32,000 bases of DNA from an endosymbiont of Escarpia spicata (GCA_003349915.1 QFXE01000015.1:24355-56354), one strand, 5' to 3'. Counted from the stretch's first letter, positions 16,263-24,917 are shown. Notes: generated by a model from the letters alone, not told the origin. A program made the numbers and translations.

Positions 16263-16802
16263 CTACCCCTGATTCCTTGCGGCAGAGACAATTTTCAGAC
16301 AAGGGGGTGATCCTGTCCCCGGGGATGGTAACTGTCCCTTATTGCAGCAAATAACCTTTGGCGTTCCGGTCAATCCGAGTGTGAGCATGGATGTTCGGAC
16401 AGGTGGGGTGATGTCCGATGAAAGCACCCCTGAATCCTGGTGGTGGATGAAGAACTCGGTCCAGGTGGACTCCAGTATATCCGCTACGACGATCAACATG
16501 CGGGTTCTCAGCGGCTGTCCTTTGTCTCCAAGTGCAATATACAAATCGAGCAGAGCGCCAGCGATGCCTGCCTCATCATTGAGACGTAAGTGGAGATAAA
16601 TTCGCTGTACATGAGAGCGCAGGTCGGAAGGCTCATGTGTGATCTGCCGGGCCAGGTAGCTCGAAGCCTGCTCCCACCAGTTGCCGGCGTTCAACCAGAG
16701 TTGCTTTGCATCAGGAATACGAAACGCAGCCTCGATATCGGGATCGATCTCCCGAACACGCCGGAGTTGATGCTCATGGTCAGAGTGGGTGATGACTCGC
16801 AC
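16263..16802 (-). CDS. Hypothetical protein (179 aa, GTG start), helical, last gene of the GTPase/Roadblock cluster
   Basis: The ORF has protein-like composition for about 140 aa (ASSYLARQITHEPSDLRSHVQRIYLHLRLNDEAGIAGALLDLYIALGDKGQPLRTRML). The C-terminal ~35 aa are low quality. It is separated from the Roadblock gene by 163 nt. Confidence 0.5.
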   Translation of the reverse strand: MRVITHSDHEHQLRRVREIDPDIEAAFRIPDAKQLWLNAGNWWEQASSYLARQITHEPSDLRSHVQRIYLHLRLNDEAGIAGALLDLYIALGDKGQPLRTRMLIVVADILESTWTEFFIHHQDSGVLSSDITPPVRTSMLTLGLTGTPKVICCNKGQLPSPGTGSPPCLKIVSAARNQG

Positions 16803-16965
16803 TTTGCTTTGCCAGAGTGTACGGTGCCGGTTCGTTGCCAGTTATAAGGGCTCCAATCGCCCGTTCCGCCAAGTCTACCACAGATGCGGCCTCTCTCTGA
16901 CATCGATCAATATTGACAGTGAGTGACTACTTGATGCCATCAAATGGTGATCTCAAGGTCTTGGA

Positions 16966-17328
16966 TCAAATCATTTTGATGATGTTTTCCGTTGCACGCT
17001 TTACGTCGAGAAAGATTAAACCCAGTTTTGCGGTGGGTTTTGCCAACACAGTGACTACCGCCTCCTCTCCGGCGTGCATCATAAGCACGTAACCTTTGTT
17101 GCCTTTCACCAGGACCTGTTCGAGCTCGCCGCGGGCAAGTTCCTGGGCGGTACGGTCTCCCAATGAGAGCATGGCGGCACTCATCGCGCCAACCCTGTCT
17201 TCATCCATTCCCGCAGGCAGTTGTGATGCCATCATCAAACCATCCGTTGAGATAACCCCGGATGCTTCGATATCGGCTGAAGTGCCGTTAAGATCACTCA
17301 ATATAGAGTTCAGCATGTCTGAGCGCAT
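16966..17328 (-). CDS. Roadblock/LC7 (MglB/CvnB-like) domain protein, 120 aa
   Basis: ADIEASGVISTDGLMMASQLPAGMDEDRVGAMSAAMLSLGDRTAQELARGELEQVLVKGNKGYVLMMHAGEEAVVTVLAKPTAKLGLIFLDVKR is the canonical Roadblock/LC7 pattern. Confidence 0.85.
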   Translation of the reverse strand: MRSDMLNSILSDLNGTSADIEASGVISTDGLMMASQLPAGMDEDRVGAMSAAMLSLGDRTAQELARGELEQVLVKGNKGYVLMMHAGEEAVVTVLAKPTAKLGLIFLDVKRATENIIKMI

Positions 17329-17475
17329 GTTTATGTCCCCAACTTTATAAAATTATTGTAGATTTCTGTTGTTATCATTACTTTACAGCCCCGGCGGGGA
17401 GAGGTGAATTTCTCGACCTTGTGACCGACAGTGTTTTCTCTTAAATGCATGGTGCGAAGGCAAGGATAGGTATTT

Positions 17476-18129
17476 TTACCCATTCAGGTTTCCATAACGT
17501 TTGTTCAATGCCCAAATCAGCTGGGTCAATACCGGCTGATTAAGATGTGGTACGCCGCCAATGACGAGCACGAATCGGTGCTCACCAATGTAGATTGGCC
17601 AGAATCCAACCTGGCTGTTTCCTGCTGCGTCCACCAATGCCCACGCGCTGGTCCAGAATTCCAGCTTGTCATGCAAAATGTTGAGCCGGCGTTCGTGCAT
17701 CGAGGCAATGTCAGCGCTGATAGCGGACAGATAAATCGCAGTTTCGTTGGAAAAACCCAGGGAGTAGATAGAAAATCCCTGATAATCCGCCAAAATGACT
17801 TTGCCGCTGCCTGAAAGCTTTGGGAGCAATTTTGGCAACAACTGCTCGATGATTTCCTCCGGCGCTGCGTGTCTCTCTTCAAAACCCTCGATCCAGCCCA
17901 TGGTCTGGGCTTTGTAGAGCGTCTCCAGTGTCTCTTCTTCGTCGACTTGGCTCCAGGATATCAAGTTTTCCAGGGTCAAACGATGGCTCGACTCCCCATC
18001 CATCATGGCGCGCAGCATGATTCTGGCTAATGTCGGGTCGGGTGCAGAGACACAATAGTAGGCACCAGCGGGCGTTGGGAGTACAAACAAACCCTGCGTT
18101 AAAAGATAGTTTTCCAAGTCAGGCAGCAA
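17476..18129 (-). CDS. Hypothetical 217 aa protein; the C-terminal half looks like a divergent Roadblock/longin-type fold, the N-terminal half may be winged-helix-like (a CvnC/DUF742 analogue?)
   Basis: The C-terminal segment GKVILADYQGFSIYSLGFSNETAIYLSAISADIASMHERR...AWALVDAAGNSQVGFWPIYIGEHRFVLVIGGVP follows the Roadblock alpha-beta-beta-alpha-beta-beta pattern. Its start overlaps the GTPase stop by 11 nt. Confidence 0.6.
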   Translation of the reverse strand: MLPDLENYLLTQGLFVLPTPAGAYYCVSAPDPTLARIMLRAMMDGESSHRLTLENLISWSQVDEEETLETLYKAQTMGWIEGFEERHAAPEEIIEQLLPKLLPKLSGSGKVILADYQGFSIYSLGFSNETAIYLSAISADIASMHERRLNILHDKLEFWTSAWALVDAAGNSQVGFWPIYIGEHRFVLVIGGVPHLNQPVLTQLIWALNKRYGNLNG

Positions 18130-18733
18130 ATTCCAGATCCAATGAAACCACTAATGCTTCGATAAGTAATGCTACGTCGATTTGGTTTCTCGCATCTACC
18201 GAAAAAACGGGAATATTAGGAAGGACGTTCCGTAGTTGCGCCTGATAATCGTTGATTCTGGGGGTAATGCAGATGTCTGTTTTGGTGATACCGATGGCAA
18301 TGCGACTTTTTTTGGTGAACTTTTTGAATGCCCGGAGGAAAAAGTGCAGTTCACTGAAGGGGTCTGGATGGGTGTTGTCGATGAGCAGTACCAGGCCAGT
18401 ACTGCCCTTGCTCAGAATATCCCACATGAAGTCAAAGCGTGTTTCGCCAGGTGTGCCGTAGAGATGAAGGGTTTTAATTCCCGGCAGCTGCATTGTCCCG
18501 TAATCCATGGCGACGGTGGTGGTCGTTTTGGAATCCCGGGATATGTCGGTAGCCTGGGCCTCGGTAGTCAGGGGAGGGGTAGTGCAGACGCTGGTGATTG
18601 CTGTGGTCTTACCTGCACTAACCGGCCCAGCAAAGAGTATTTTGTAGTTATCCATCAGGTGGTTAGGGGAGGCAGACCTAGGAGACTGTCGGGTTATGGA
18701 AGAATCTACTGCGCCGGTGGGAAATCGGTCCAT
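18119..18733 (-). CDS. Small P-loop GTPase of the COG2229 / CvnD (conservon) type, 204 aa (the core may start at MDNYKILF, complement 18655)
   Basis: It has G1 GPVSAGKTT, G3 LYGTPGETRFDFMWDIL, G4 GITKTD and a G5-like FSVDA. It is linked to Roadblock genes. Confidence 0.85.
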   Translation of the reverse strand: MDRFPTGAVDSSITRQSPRSASPNHLMDNYKILFAGPVSAGKTTAITSVCTTPPLTTEAQATDISRDSKTTTTVAMDYGTMQLPGIKTLHLYGTPGETRFDFMWDILSKGSTGLVLLIDNTHPDPFSELHFFLRAFKKFTKKSRIAIGITKTDICITPRINDYQAQLRNVLPNIPVFSVDARNQIDVALLIEALVVSLDLEFAA

Positions 18734-18841
18734 TTTTTCGATATTTTTCGTTAAATAGGTCCACTATTCGCCTCAAAAGATCAAAAAACTGGCCTCGATT
18801 TCCCACCTTGCTCGCTACGATTCCCATAATCTGACAGCCTC

Positions 18842-20179
18842 CTAGTGCAGGCTTAACTGACGCAGGATTTTTTGGAACAATGTTTTGTTGCCGTTGGACT
18901 TGACGGGGTTATCTTCGGTGGCGATTTCCTCATTTATGCTTTCCTCCGTGGTTGCCAGTCCGATTGCATGAGCGGCGCTGAAGAAGGAAAAAACATAACG
19001 TTGCGGGATTTCCAATGCCTGGGCGGTGCTGGCCAGCGTGTGTGCCTGTTTTGCCCAAAGTGCAGCAATTCGAGTGGCTTGGGGAAAAATCTGCAAACGC
19101 GTCAGATTGGGCCAGTGTTTAAATACGACGGTATTGTTGGGGCTGACGTTGACAGGAATCCGTCCCAGGCTGGTCCAGAGCGTGAGTTCCCAAACAAAAG
19201 CTTCCACGGGGCGGCGATGGGTCTGGCCCGGTATGTCGCATACTGAATCCTGTACAGAGAGCAGGTATTCATCATCGTTGACTGGTTGGGAGGCCAGCGA
19301 CTGTAGCCGTTGGCCGTCAATTTCAACCAAAACTTCTCGGGTCATAGGAACAATGGTAATTGAGCCGTGGCTACTTGAGATGCTGACGGGCCGCCCGGAG
19401 GTTTCAGCAAGCTTGACGGCCTTCTGTACACGTCCGATCAGAAATCTTTTTGGATCGTATTGCACCCAGGCGAGCTGGGTTTCATTATCCAGGTCCACGT
19501 CAGGTGTTGAGCCGATGAATGGCGCAGCAGTTTTTATTTCCTGTTTGCCAACTGAGATCTGCTTGGTTGTCGCATCGGCAGGTTCGCTCAGAAGCGGTGG
19601 GTTATTGGTCTGCCCACCTTGCTTGTATGCATACAATTGGGCGCGTCTGATCTTCTCTTTTTTCAACAGCGCCTGTAGCAATTTGATTTTATGCCGTAGC
19701 TCCTGATGGTGGCCGGTAAGCGCCAGCTCAGCTTCAGCAGATGATTTGGGCAGGGAGACCGGTGCCACTTGCCTCTGTTGGAGATGCAGTTTCTCGCGGA
19801 TTTTTTCCAGCTCACTGTGCAGAAGATCTGCCTGCAATGGTTTTTGCAGCCATTTTGCGTTTTCTACCTCCGTCTTATGTAGGGAGAGCAGAATAGCAGG
19901 GCAGCTGCGTTGGCGCTCTGCGTGTTTTGCCCAATAAGACTTACCACGAAGGCCATCCAGGTCGATAAGGCAGATGTCGGCGGACTGTGGATCCACAGCT
20001 ACGACATAGTCGCCCTGACATCTGTCTGAGAAGAAGTACCGCAATCTGTTTTCGAGGCGCTCGTTGATATCGAGCAGGGCGACTTTCAGTGGCCTGTAGT
20101 CTGTCTTCTGGGGCATTGCACAGGTTGCGATGAATGATTGCTCAATAGGGGTATCGTTGCTCTGCTTTTGAACTTTCAT
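18842..20179 (-). CDS. Receiver-like (REC) domain protein with a long Lys/Gln-rich linker and an unassigned ~230 aa C-terminal domain, 445 aa
   Basis: The N-terminal pattern is KVALLD(beta1)...ADICLIDLDG(beta3, acceptor Asp)...PAILLS(beta4 Ser)...LQKPL(beta5 Lys). The C-terminal region (EAFVWELTLWTSLGRIP...ATRIAALWAKQAHTL) is not recognisable to me. Confidence 0.6.
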   Translation of the reverse strand: MKVQKQSNDTPIEQSFIATCAMPQKTDYRPLKVALLDINERLENRLRYFFSDRCQGDYVVAVDPQSADICLIDLDGLRGKSYWAKHAERQRSCPAILLSLHKTEVENAKWLQKPLQADLLHSELEKIREKLHLQQRQVAPVSLPKSSAEAELALTGHHQELRHKIKLLQALLKKEKIRRAQLYAYKQGGQTNNPPLLSEPADATTKQISVGKQEIKTAAPFIGSTPDVDLDNETQLAWVQYDPKRFLIGRVQKAVKLAETSGRPVSISSSHGSITIVPMTREVLVEIDGQRLQSLASQPVNDDEYLLSVQDSVCDIPGQTHRRPVEAFVWELTLWTSLGRIPVNVSPNNTVVFKHWPNLTRLQIFPQATRIAALWAKQAHTLASTAQALEIPQRYVFSFFSAAHAIGLATTEESINEEIATEDNPVKSNGNKTLFQKILRQLSLH

Positions 20180-20431
20180 AACTACACTTTTAATCTTGTG
20201 GCTACTTTGTATAGAACTCAGAATAACGCGCAGCGAGGTTCTTATGATAGGGCATGAAACCTAATTTTACATCGGGTTGGATCTGTCCGCCAAATCATCA
20301 TTCAGGTCTTCGGGATAGTGTCCTGATGGGCAAGAGCTGGGAAGTGTGTCACAAAAGCACAATGAAATGGCGGGGGGCTGGATAATGAGGCCAGGAAGTG
20401 ATGATTGTTTACAATACGCCCACTGGAGTGA

Positions 20432-22105
20432 TTACCGCCTGTCCGCGAGGGAGATCATCTCTTCAGCGTGGGCGAGCGTCTGTTCAGTTATTTTGATACC
20501 GCCCAACATGCGGGCGATCTCCTGGATTCGGCTCTCATCCCCCAGTGGGGTGATCTCCGTGCGGGTCAGCTTATTGGTCGTGCTTTTCTGCACTTGGAGG
20601 TGGTTCAAAGCCTGTGCCGCTACTTGGGGCAAGTGGGTGACGCAGAGAAATTGCCTGGACTCGCCGAGGGTGCGCAGCATCTGGCCTACGATCTCAGCCA
20701 CACTGCCGCCGATGCCGACGTCGACCTCATCGAATACGAGGGTCGGGGTGTCGCCGTAACGGATGGTGGCGACCTGGATGGCCAGACTGATGCGGGAGAG
20801 TTCACCGCCGGAGGCCACCTTGTTAAGGGGCTGCAGAGGCATGCCTGGATTGGCGGAGACCATGAATTCGATCTGCTCAAGCCCCGAGCCGTTGGCGTCT
20901 GCTGCGTTGATCCCCTTTAGGGTGACATCGAAACGTCCACCGGGCATACCCAGTTGTTGCATGGCAGCACTGATCTCCTGAGCCAGTCGTTTGCCGGCCT
21001 GACGGCGCTTGCCGCTCAGTTTTTTCGCCTGCCCTAAAAACGCCTCCCGCTGTTTTTCAACATAAACGGACAGGGTCTCCAGCTCTACATCGGCGTTCTC
21101 CAACTGCGCCAGCTCCTGCAGGATCTGCTGCAGACGCTGGGGGAGTCTCTCCGGGCTGACCCGGTATTTTCGCGCCATGTCATGCAGTGCGCCGATGCGC
21201 GCTTCCACCTGCTGCAGGCTTTCGGGATCGAGTTCAAGACCTGAGAGATAGTTGCGCAGGCTGATCAGGGCCTCATCCACCTGAATCAGGGCGCTTGCCA
21301 GCATTTCCCCGGGTTCTTCGAGATTGCTGTCCAGCTCCTGCAGTGCGCTGAGTTCATCACTCAGACGTGCGAGTTGGCTGCGCAGTGACGGCTCGTTCTC
21401 ATCGAGCCCATCGATCACCGCTCCGCACCCAAAACGCAGTCGCTCCAGATGGCTCAGGCGTTTGTGGTCTCTGTCCAGCGTCTTGATCTCTGCGGCGGAA
21501 GCACCAAGCTGCGACAATTCATCGGCCTGAAATCGCAGCAGGTCCAGTCGGGAGGCCCGGTCTGCAGCAGCGGCCAGCAGGGTTTCCAGTTGTTCAAATG
21601 ATTTGCGGTAGTCTCTGAATGACTCATCGACTGTTTTTGTCAGGCCAAGATGGCCCCCGTAGGCATCGAGCAGACGCCGCTGATAGTGGGGGCGCAGTAG
21701 TGATTGATGCGCGTGCTGGCCATGAATCTGCACCAAACGTTGCCCCAGTTCCTGGACCTGTTGGATAGGGACAGGGCGACCGTTGATATAGGCGCGGGAG
21801 CGGCTCTCTCTGGAGAGCACTCGTCGTAGCAGGCAGTCGTTCTCATCGTCTAGGGAGTGATCCTGGAGCCAGCTGTGGATCTCCGGCAGGGCGGAGATAT
21901 CGAAGATGGCGGTGATTTCGGCTCGTTCACTGCCGTTCCTGATCATGCTGTTGTCTGTTTTGCCGCCGAGGGCCAGACCAAGGGCATCGATCAGGATAGA
22001 TTTACCCGCCCCGGTCTCACCGGTGAGAGCGCTCAGTCCGGAAAAAAGGTCCAGCTCCAGTGCTGCAACGATGGCCAGATTACGAACATATATCTGCGTC
22101 AGCAT
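20432..22105 (-). CDS. recN: DNA repair protein RecN (557 aa)
   Basis: MLTQIYVRNLAIVAALELDLFSGLSALTGETGAGKSILIDAL is the N-terminus. The protein has an SMC-like architecture with the C-terminal ASGGELSRISLAIQ...LVFDEVDVGIGG. Confidence 0.97.
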   Translation of the reverse strand: MLTQIYVRNLAIVAALELDLFSGLSALTGETGAGKSILIDALGLALGGKTDNSMIRNGSERAEITAIFDISALPEIHSWLQDHSLDDENDCLLRRVLSRESRSRAYINGRPVPIQQVQELGQRLVQIHGQHAHQSLLRPHYQRRLLDAYGGHLGLTKTVDESFRDYRKSFEQLETLLAAAADRASRLDLLRFQADELSQLGASAAEIKTLDRDHKRLSHLERLRFGCGAVIDGLDENEPSLRSQLARLSDELSALQELDSNLEEPGEMLASALIQVDEALISLRNYLSGLELDPESLQQVEARIGALHDMARKYRVSPERLPQRLQQILQELAQLENADVELETLSVYVEKQREAFLGQAKKLSGKRRQAGKRLAQEISAAMQQLGMPGGRFDVTLKGINAADANGSGLEQIEFMVSANPGMPLQPLNKVASGGELSRISLAIQVATIRYGDTPTLVFDEVDVGIGGSVAEIVGQMLRTLGESRQFLCVTHLPQVAAQALNHLQVQKSTTNKLTRTEITPLGDESRIQEIARMLGGIKITEQTLAHAEEMISLADRR

Positions 22106-22974
22106 CAGCCCCAGCCCAACTTGGCGCGCAGGAGATTGTAGTGATCGTGTCCACGGGGATGGATCAGTCGAACCGGGTGCTTCGCCTTGCGGATGCGGAT
22201 TATATCCCCCTCCACCACCGGGAGCGTGGCCTGGCCGTCACAGGTGACCCGGACATGTTCCGCATGACCCTGGGCCAGGTGAATCTCCACTTCGCTGTCA
22301 CCGTCCACCACGATGGGGCGGTTGCTCAGAGTATGGGGGCAGATGGGGACCAACACCAGAGCATTGAGCGAGGGCATCAGCAGGGGGCCACCGCCGGAGA
22401 GAGCGTAGGCAGTGGAACCGGTCGGTGTGGAGATGATGAGACCATCAGAGCGCTGATCATTGACCAGTTTGCCGTTGATATAGGTCTCGAATTCGATCAT
22501 GCGGGCAATATTCCACTTGTGCACCACCACGTCATTGAATGCAGGAATGGCATCACTCGAACCCTTGTCCTCACCGATGGAGGCCTGCAGCATGAAGCGT
22601 CGCTCCTCATCGTAATCCCCAGCCAGAATGGCGTCGAGATGGGGCAGCATCTCTTCGGGTGAGATATCAGCGAGAAAACCGAGTCTGCCAAGATTTATAC
22701 CGAGAATGGGGGTGTCCTGGTCTGCCAGTACACGGGCAGCGTGCAGCAGAGTGCCGTCACCGCCCACTACGATCACCAGGTCACTGTTACTGGGTAGGTC
22801 GATTTCGGGAATGCCGGGCAGGGGTCGTCCCTCCAGCAGTTTGCAGGTGGCCTCTTCCAGCAGTACCTCGTGACCGCGCCGGGAGAGGAAATCCCAGAGA
22901 CGACGGGTTGTCGCCTTGACGGTAGGGTCTCCGTGCTTGCCGATCAATCCGATGCGCTGGAAAGGCTGGTTCAT
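22105..22974 (-). CDS. nadK: NAD(+) kinase (289 aa)
   Basis: It has the GGDGT motif (VIVVGGDGTLLHAAR) and the NRPIV/TPTGSTAY motifs of PpnK/NadK. Confidence 0.95.
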   Translation of the reverse strand: MNQPFQRIGLIGKHGDPTVKATTRRLWDFLSRRGHEVLLEEATCKLLEGRPLPGIPEIDLPSNSDLVIVVGGDGTLLHAARVLADQDTPILGINLGRLGFLADISPEEMLPHLDAILAGDYDEERRFMLQASIGEDKGSSDAIPAFNDVVVHKWNIARMIEFETYINGKLVNDQRSDGLIISTPTGSTAYALSGGGPLLMPSLNALVLVPICPHTLSNRPIVVDGDSEVEIHLAQGHAEHVRVTCDGQATLPVVEGDIIRIRKAKHPVRLIHPRGHDHYNLLRAKLGWG

Positions 22975-23112
22975 TTTATTAGCGGCTCCTTAGTGCCGGG
23001 AATCATCGGTTTTATTCAAGGAAACTTAGCATGTGCTTCAGACCAATCCAAGCATTCAGAAGGCTTATATTCCTTGACTCAAAAGGGGTGAGTTGCTAGT
23101 TTTCACCCGGTT

Positions 23113-23139
23113 TTGGCACTCGATATAAAAGAGTGCTAA
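23113..23139 (+). promoter_or_regulatory. CIRCE operator (HrcA binding site) upstream of hrcA
   Basis: TTGGCACTC-gatataaaa-GAGTGCTAA compares with the consensus TTAGCACTC-N9-GAGTGCTAA (1 mismatch, exact 9-nt spacer). It lies 25 nt before the hrcA start. A possible sigma70 promoter TTGACT-17-TAGTTT lies just upstream (~23073..23101). Confidence 0.85.
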
Positions 23140-23163
23140 CAGTGTGCCTTTGCGGAGGGCTTT

Positions 23164-24219
23164 TTGGCAACGAAGAAGGTAATCAGTGAAAGCGGGGTTG
23201 GCGAACGTGCCCAGCACTTTCTCAAAGTGCTGATTGAACGCTATATCCGTGATGGTCAGCCCGTGGGTTCCAGAACGCTGGCGAAGGATGCCGGGATGGA
23301 TCTGAGTCCTGCGACCATCCGCAATGTGATGTGCGACCTGGAGGATCTCGGGCTGGTGGCGTCGCCACATACCTCGGCCGGGCGGATTCCCACTGTGACC
23401 GGTTTTCGCATGTTCATCGACTCTCTGCTCACTGTGCAGCGGCTGCAGGCGGGAGAGGTTGAACGCATTCGCTCGGAGCTGGCTTATTCCGGTGATGCGG
23501 GTAACCTGCTGACCTCGGCCTCGCAACTGCTCTCCGGCGTGACGCACATGGCCGGGGTTGTGACGGTCCCGAGGCGGGAACGCACGGCATTCCGTCAGAT
23601 CGAGTTCCTGCCGCTATCCGAAAATCGGGTGTTGGCGATCCTGGTAACCAATAATGGCGAGGTGGCTAACCGCATCCTCAATACCCATCGGGATTTTACC
23701 CGCCTGGAGTTGGATCAGGCCGCCAATTTCCTCAACCACTCCTTCTCCGGGCTGGAGATGGAGAAGGTGCGTAGCCGGGTGCTGGAAGAGCTGAATGCCG
23801 CCCGTGAAAGTTTCGATCAGACCATGGCCCAGGCGCTGGAGATGGCGGGAGAGGTGGTCGATGCGAGCGCACCGCGCGAAGATTGTCTCATTGCCGGGCA
23901 GACCAATCTGATGGAGTTCGAGGATCTGGCCAGTCTGCAGCAGCTGCGCAAACTGTTCGATGCCTTTGCCGAGAAGCGCGAGATCCTTCATCTGCTCGAT
24001 CAGTTCCACAATGCCGATGGGGTGCAGATATTCATTGGTGAGGAGTCGGGTTTTCAGATGCTTAACGGTTGTTCGATCGTGACCGCCCCTTACCAAGTGG
24101 ATGAAGATGTGGTGGGTATGCTGGCTGTCATTGGCCCAACCCGCATGGAGTATGAAAGGGTGATCCCGATTGTCGATGTCACGGCAAAGATTTTGGGTGC
24201 GGCCTTGAAAAACAGATAG
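23164..24219 (+). CDS. hrcA: Heat-inducible transcription repressor HrcA (351 aa, TTG start preceded by GGAGGG)
   Basis: ERAQHFLKVLIERYIRDGQPVGSRTLAKDAGMDLSPATIRNVMCDLEDLGLVASPHTSAGRIPT is the canonical HrcA N-terminus. Confidence 0.95.
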   Translation: MATKKVISESGVGERAQHFLKVLIERYIRDGQPVGSRTLAKDAGMDLSPATIRNVMCDLEDLGLVASPHTSAGRIPTVTGFRMFIDSLLTVQRLQAGEVERIRSELAYSGDAGNLLTSASQLLSGVTHMAGVVTVPRRERTAFRQIEFLPLSENRVLAILVTNNGEVANRILNTHRDFTRLELDQAANFLNHSFSGLEMEKVRSRVLEELNAARESFDQTMAQALEMAGEVVDASAPREDCLIAGQTNLMEFEDLASLQQLRKLFDAFAEKREILHLLDQFHNADGVQIFIGEESGFQMLNGCSIVTAPYQVDEDVVGMLAVIGPTRMEYERVIPIVDVTAKILGAALKNR

Positions 24220-24230
24220 CAACCCCAATT
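24204..24230 (+). promoter_or_regulatory. Sigma32-type heat-shock promoter for grpE
   Basis: CTTGAA-13 nt-CCCCAATT compares with the consensus CTTGAA-N13-15-CCCCATNT. It overlaps the hrcA stop and lies about 50 nt upstream of the grpE ATG. Confidence 0.6.
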
Positions 24231-24279
24231 TGTCGGGTAATTCAGAGCAAAATATTGAGATTCAGAGGTTAAGTAAGAG

Positions 24280-24894
24280 ATGGATAAGGATCAGCCGGCA
24301 GAGTCCAGCGAAGAGATAGATAAGGTAGAGGATGTGAGCGAAGAGAAGGCCGCGGAAACCGTGGTTGAGGGCGAAGTCGTCAGCAACGGGGAGGACTCCC
24401 CGGAGGCGTTGACGAAGTTGCTGGAAGACGCCCGCAGCAAGGCCGACGATCACTGGGATCAGCTGATGCGTACACGTGCCGAGATGGATAATCTGCGTAA
24501 GCGCCAGGAACGCGATCTGGAAAATGCCCATAAATTCGCGCTGGACAAATTCTCCCAGGACCTGCTGCAGGTCTGGGACAGTCTGGAGTTGGGTCATCAG
24601 GCCGCGCAGGAAGAGAGCGCCGATGTGGAGAAGCTGCGGGAAGGCACGGAGCTGACCCTCAGGCTGCTCAGCAGCGTGATGGAGAAGAATGGTGTGGAGC
24701 AGGTCGATCCTACGGGTGAGACCTTCAATCCGGAATTCCATCAGGCGATGTCGATGCAGGAGCGGGATGACGTGGAGCCCAATACGGTAGTGGCTGTTGT
24801 GCAGAAGGGTTACCGCCTGAATGGCCGCCTCATTCGTCCGGCAATGGTGATGGTTTCCAAGGCGCCGTCCGCACCCGTTGATGAACAGGCTTGA
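24280..24894 (+). CDS. grpE: Nucleotide exchange factor GrpE (204 aa)
   Basis: RTRAEMDNLRKRQERDLENAHKFALDKFSQDLLQVWDSLE...FNPEFHQAM...GYRLNGRLIRPAMVMV is the canonical GrpE sequence. Confidence 0.97.
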   Translation: MDKDQPAESSEEIDKVEDVSEEKAAETVVEGEVVSNGEDSPEALTKLLEDARSKADDHWDQLMRTRAEMDNLRKRQERDLENAHKFALDKFSQDLLQVWDSLELGHQAAQEESADVEKLREGTELTLRLLSSVMEKNGVEQVDPTGETFNPEFHQAMSMQERDDVEPNTVVAVVQKGYRLNGRLIRPAMVMVSKAPSAPVDEQA

Positions 24895-24917
24895 AGTTTT
24901 TTCGGCTGACCCCATCT
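24890..24917 (+). promoter_or_regulatory. Sigma32-type heat-shock promoter for dnaK
   Basis: CTTGAA-14 nt-CCCCATCT overlaps the grpE stop and lies about 63 nt upstream of the dnaK ATG. Confidence 0.7.

Noticed and set aside
22078-22093. CGAACATATATCTGCG near the recN start, considered as a LexA/SOS box
   Set aside because: It lies inside the recN coding sequence. It matches only one half-site of either the CTGT-N8-ACAG or the GAAC-N4-GTTC type box. I could not find a convincing SOS box upstream, where the recN start abuts the nadK stop.
22060-22662. 200 aa plus-strand ORF antisense to nadK
   Set aside because: It is a shadow ORF. nadK on the minus strand has the GGDGT and NAD kinase motifs.
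23614-24915. Minus-strand ORFs of 204 aa (23614..24228) and 217 aa (24262..24915), antisense to hrcA and grpE
   Set aside because: These are shadow ORFs opposite clearly recognisable hrcA and grpE.
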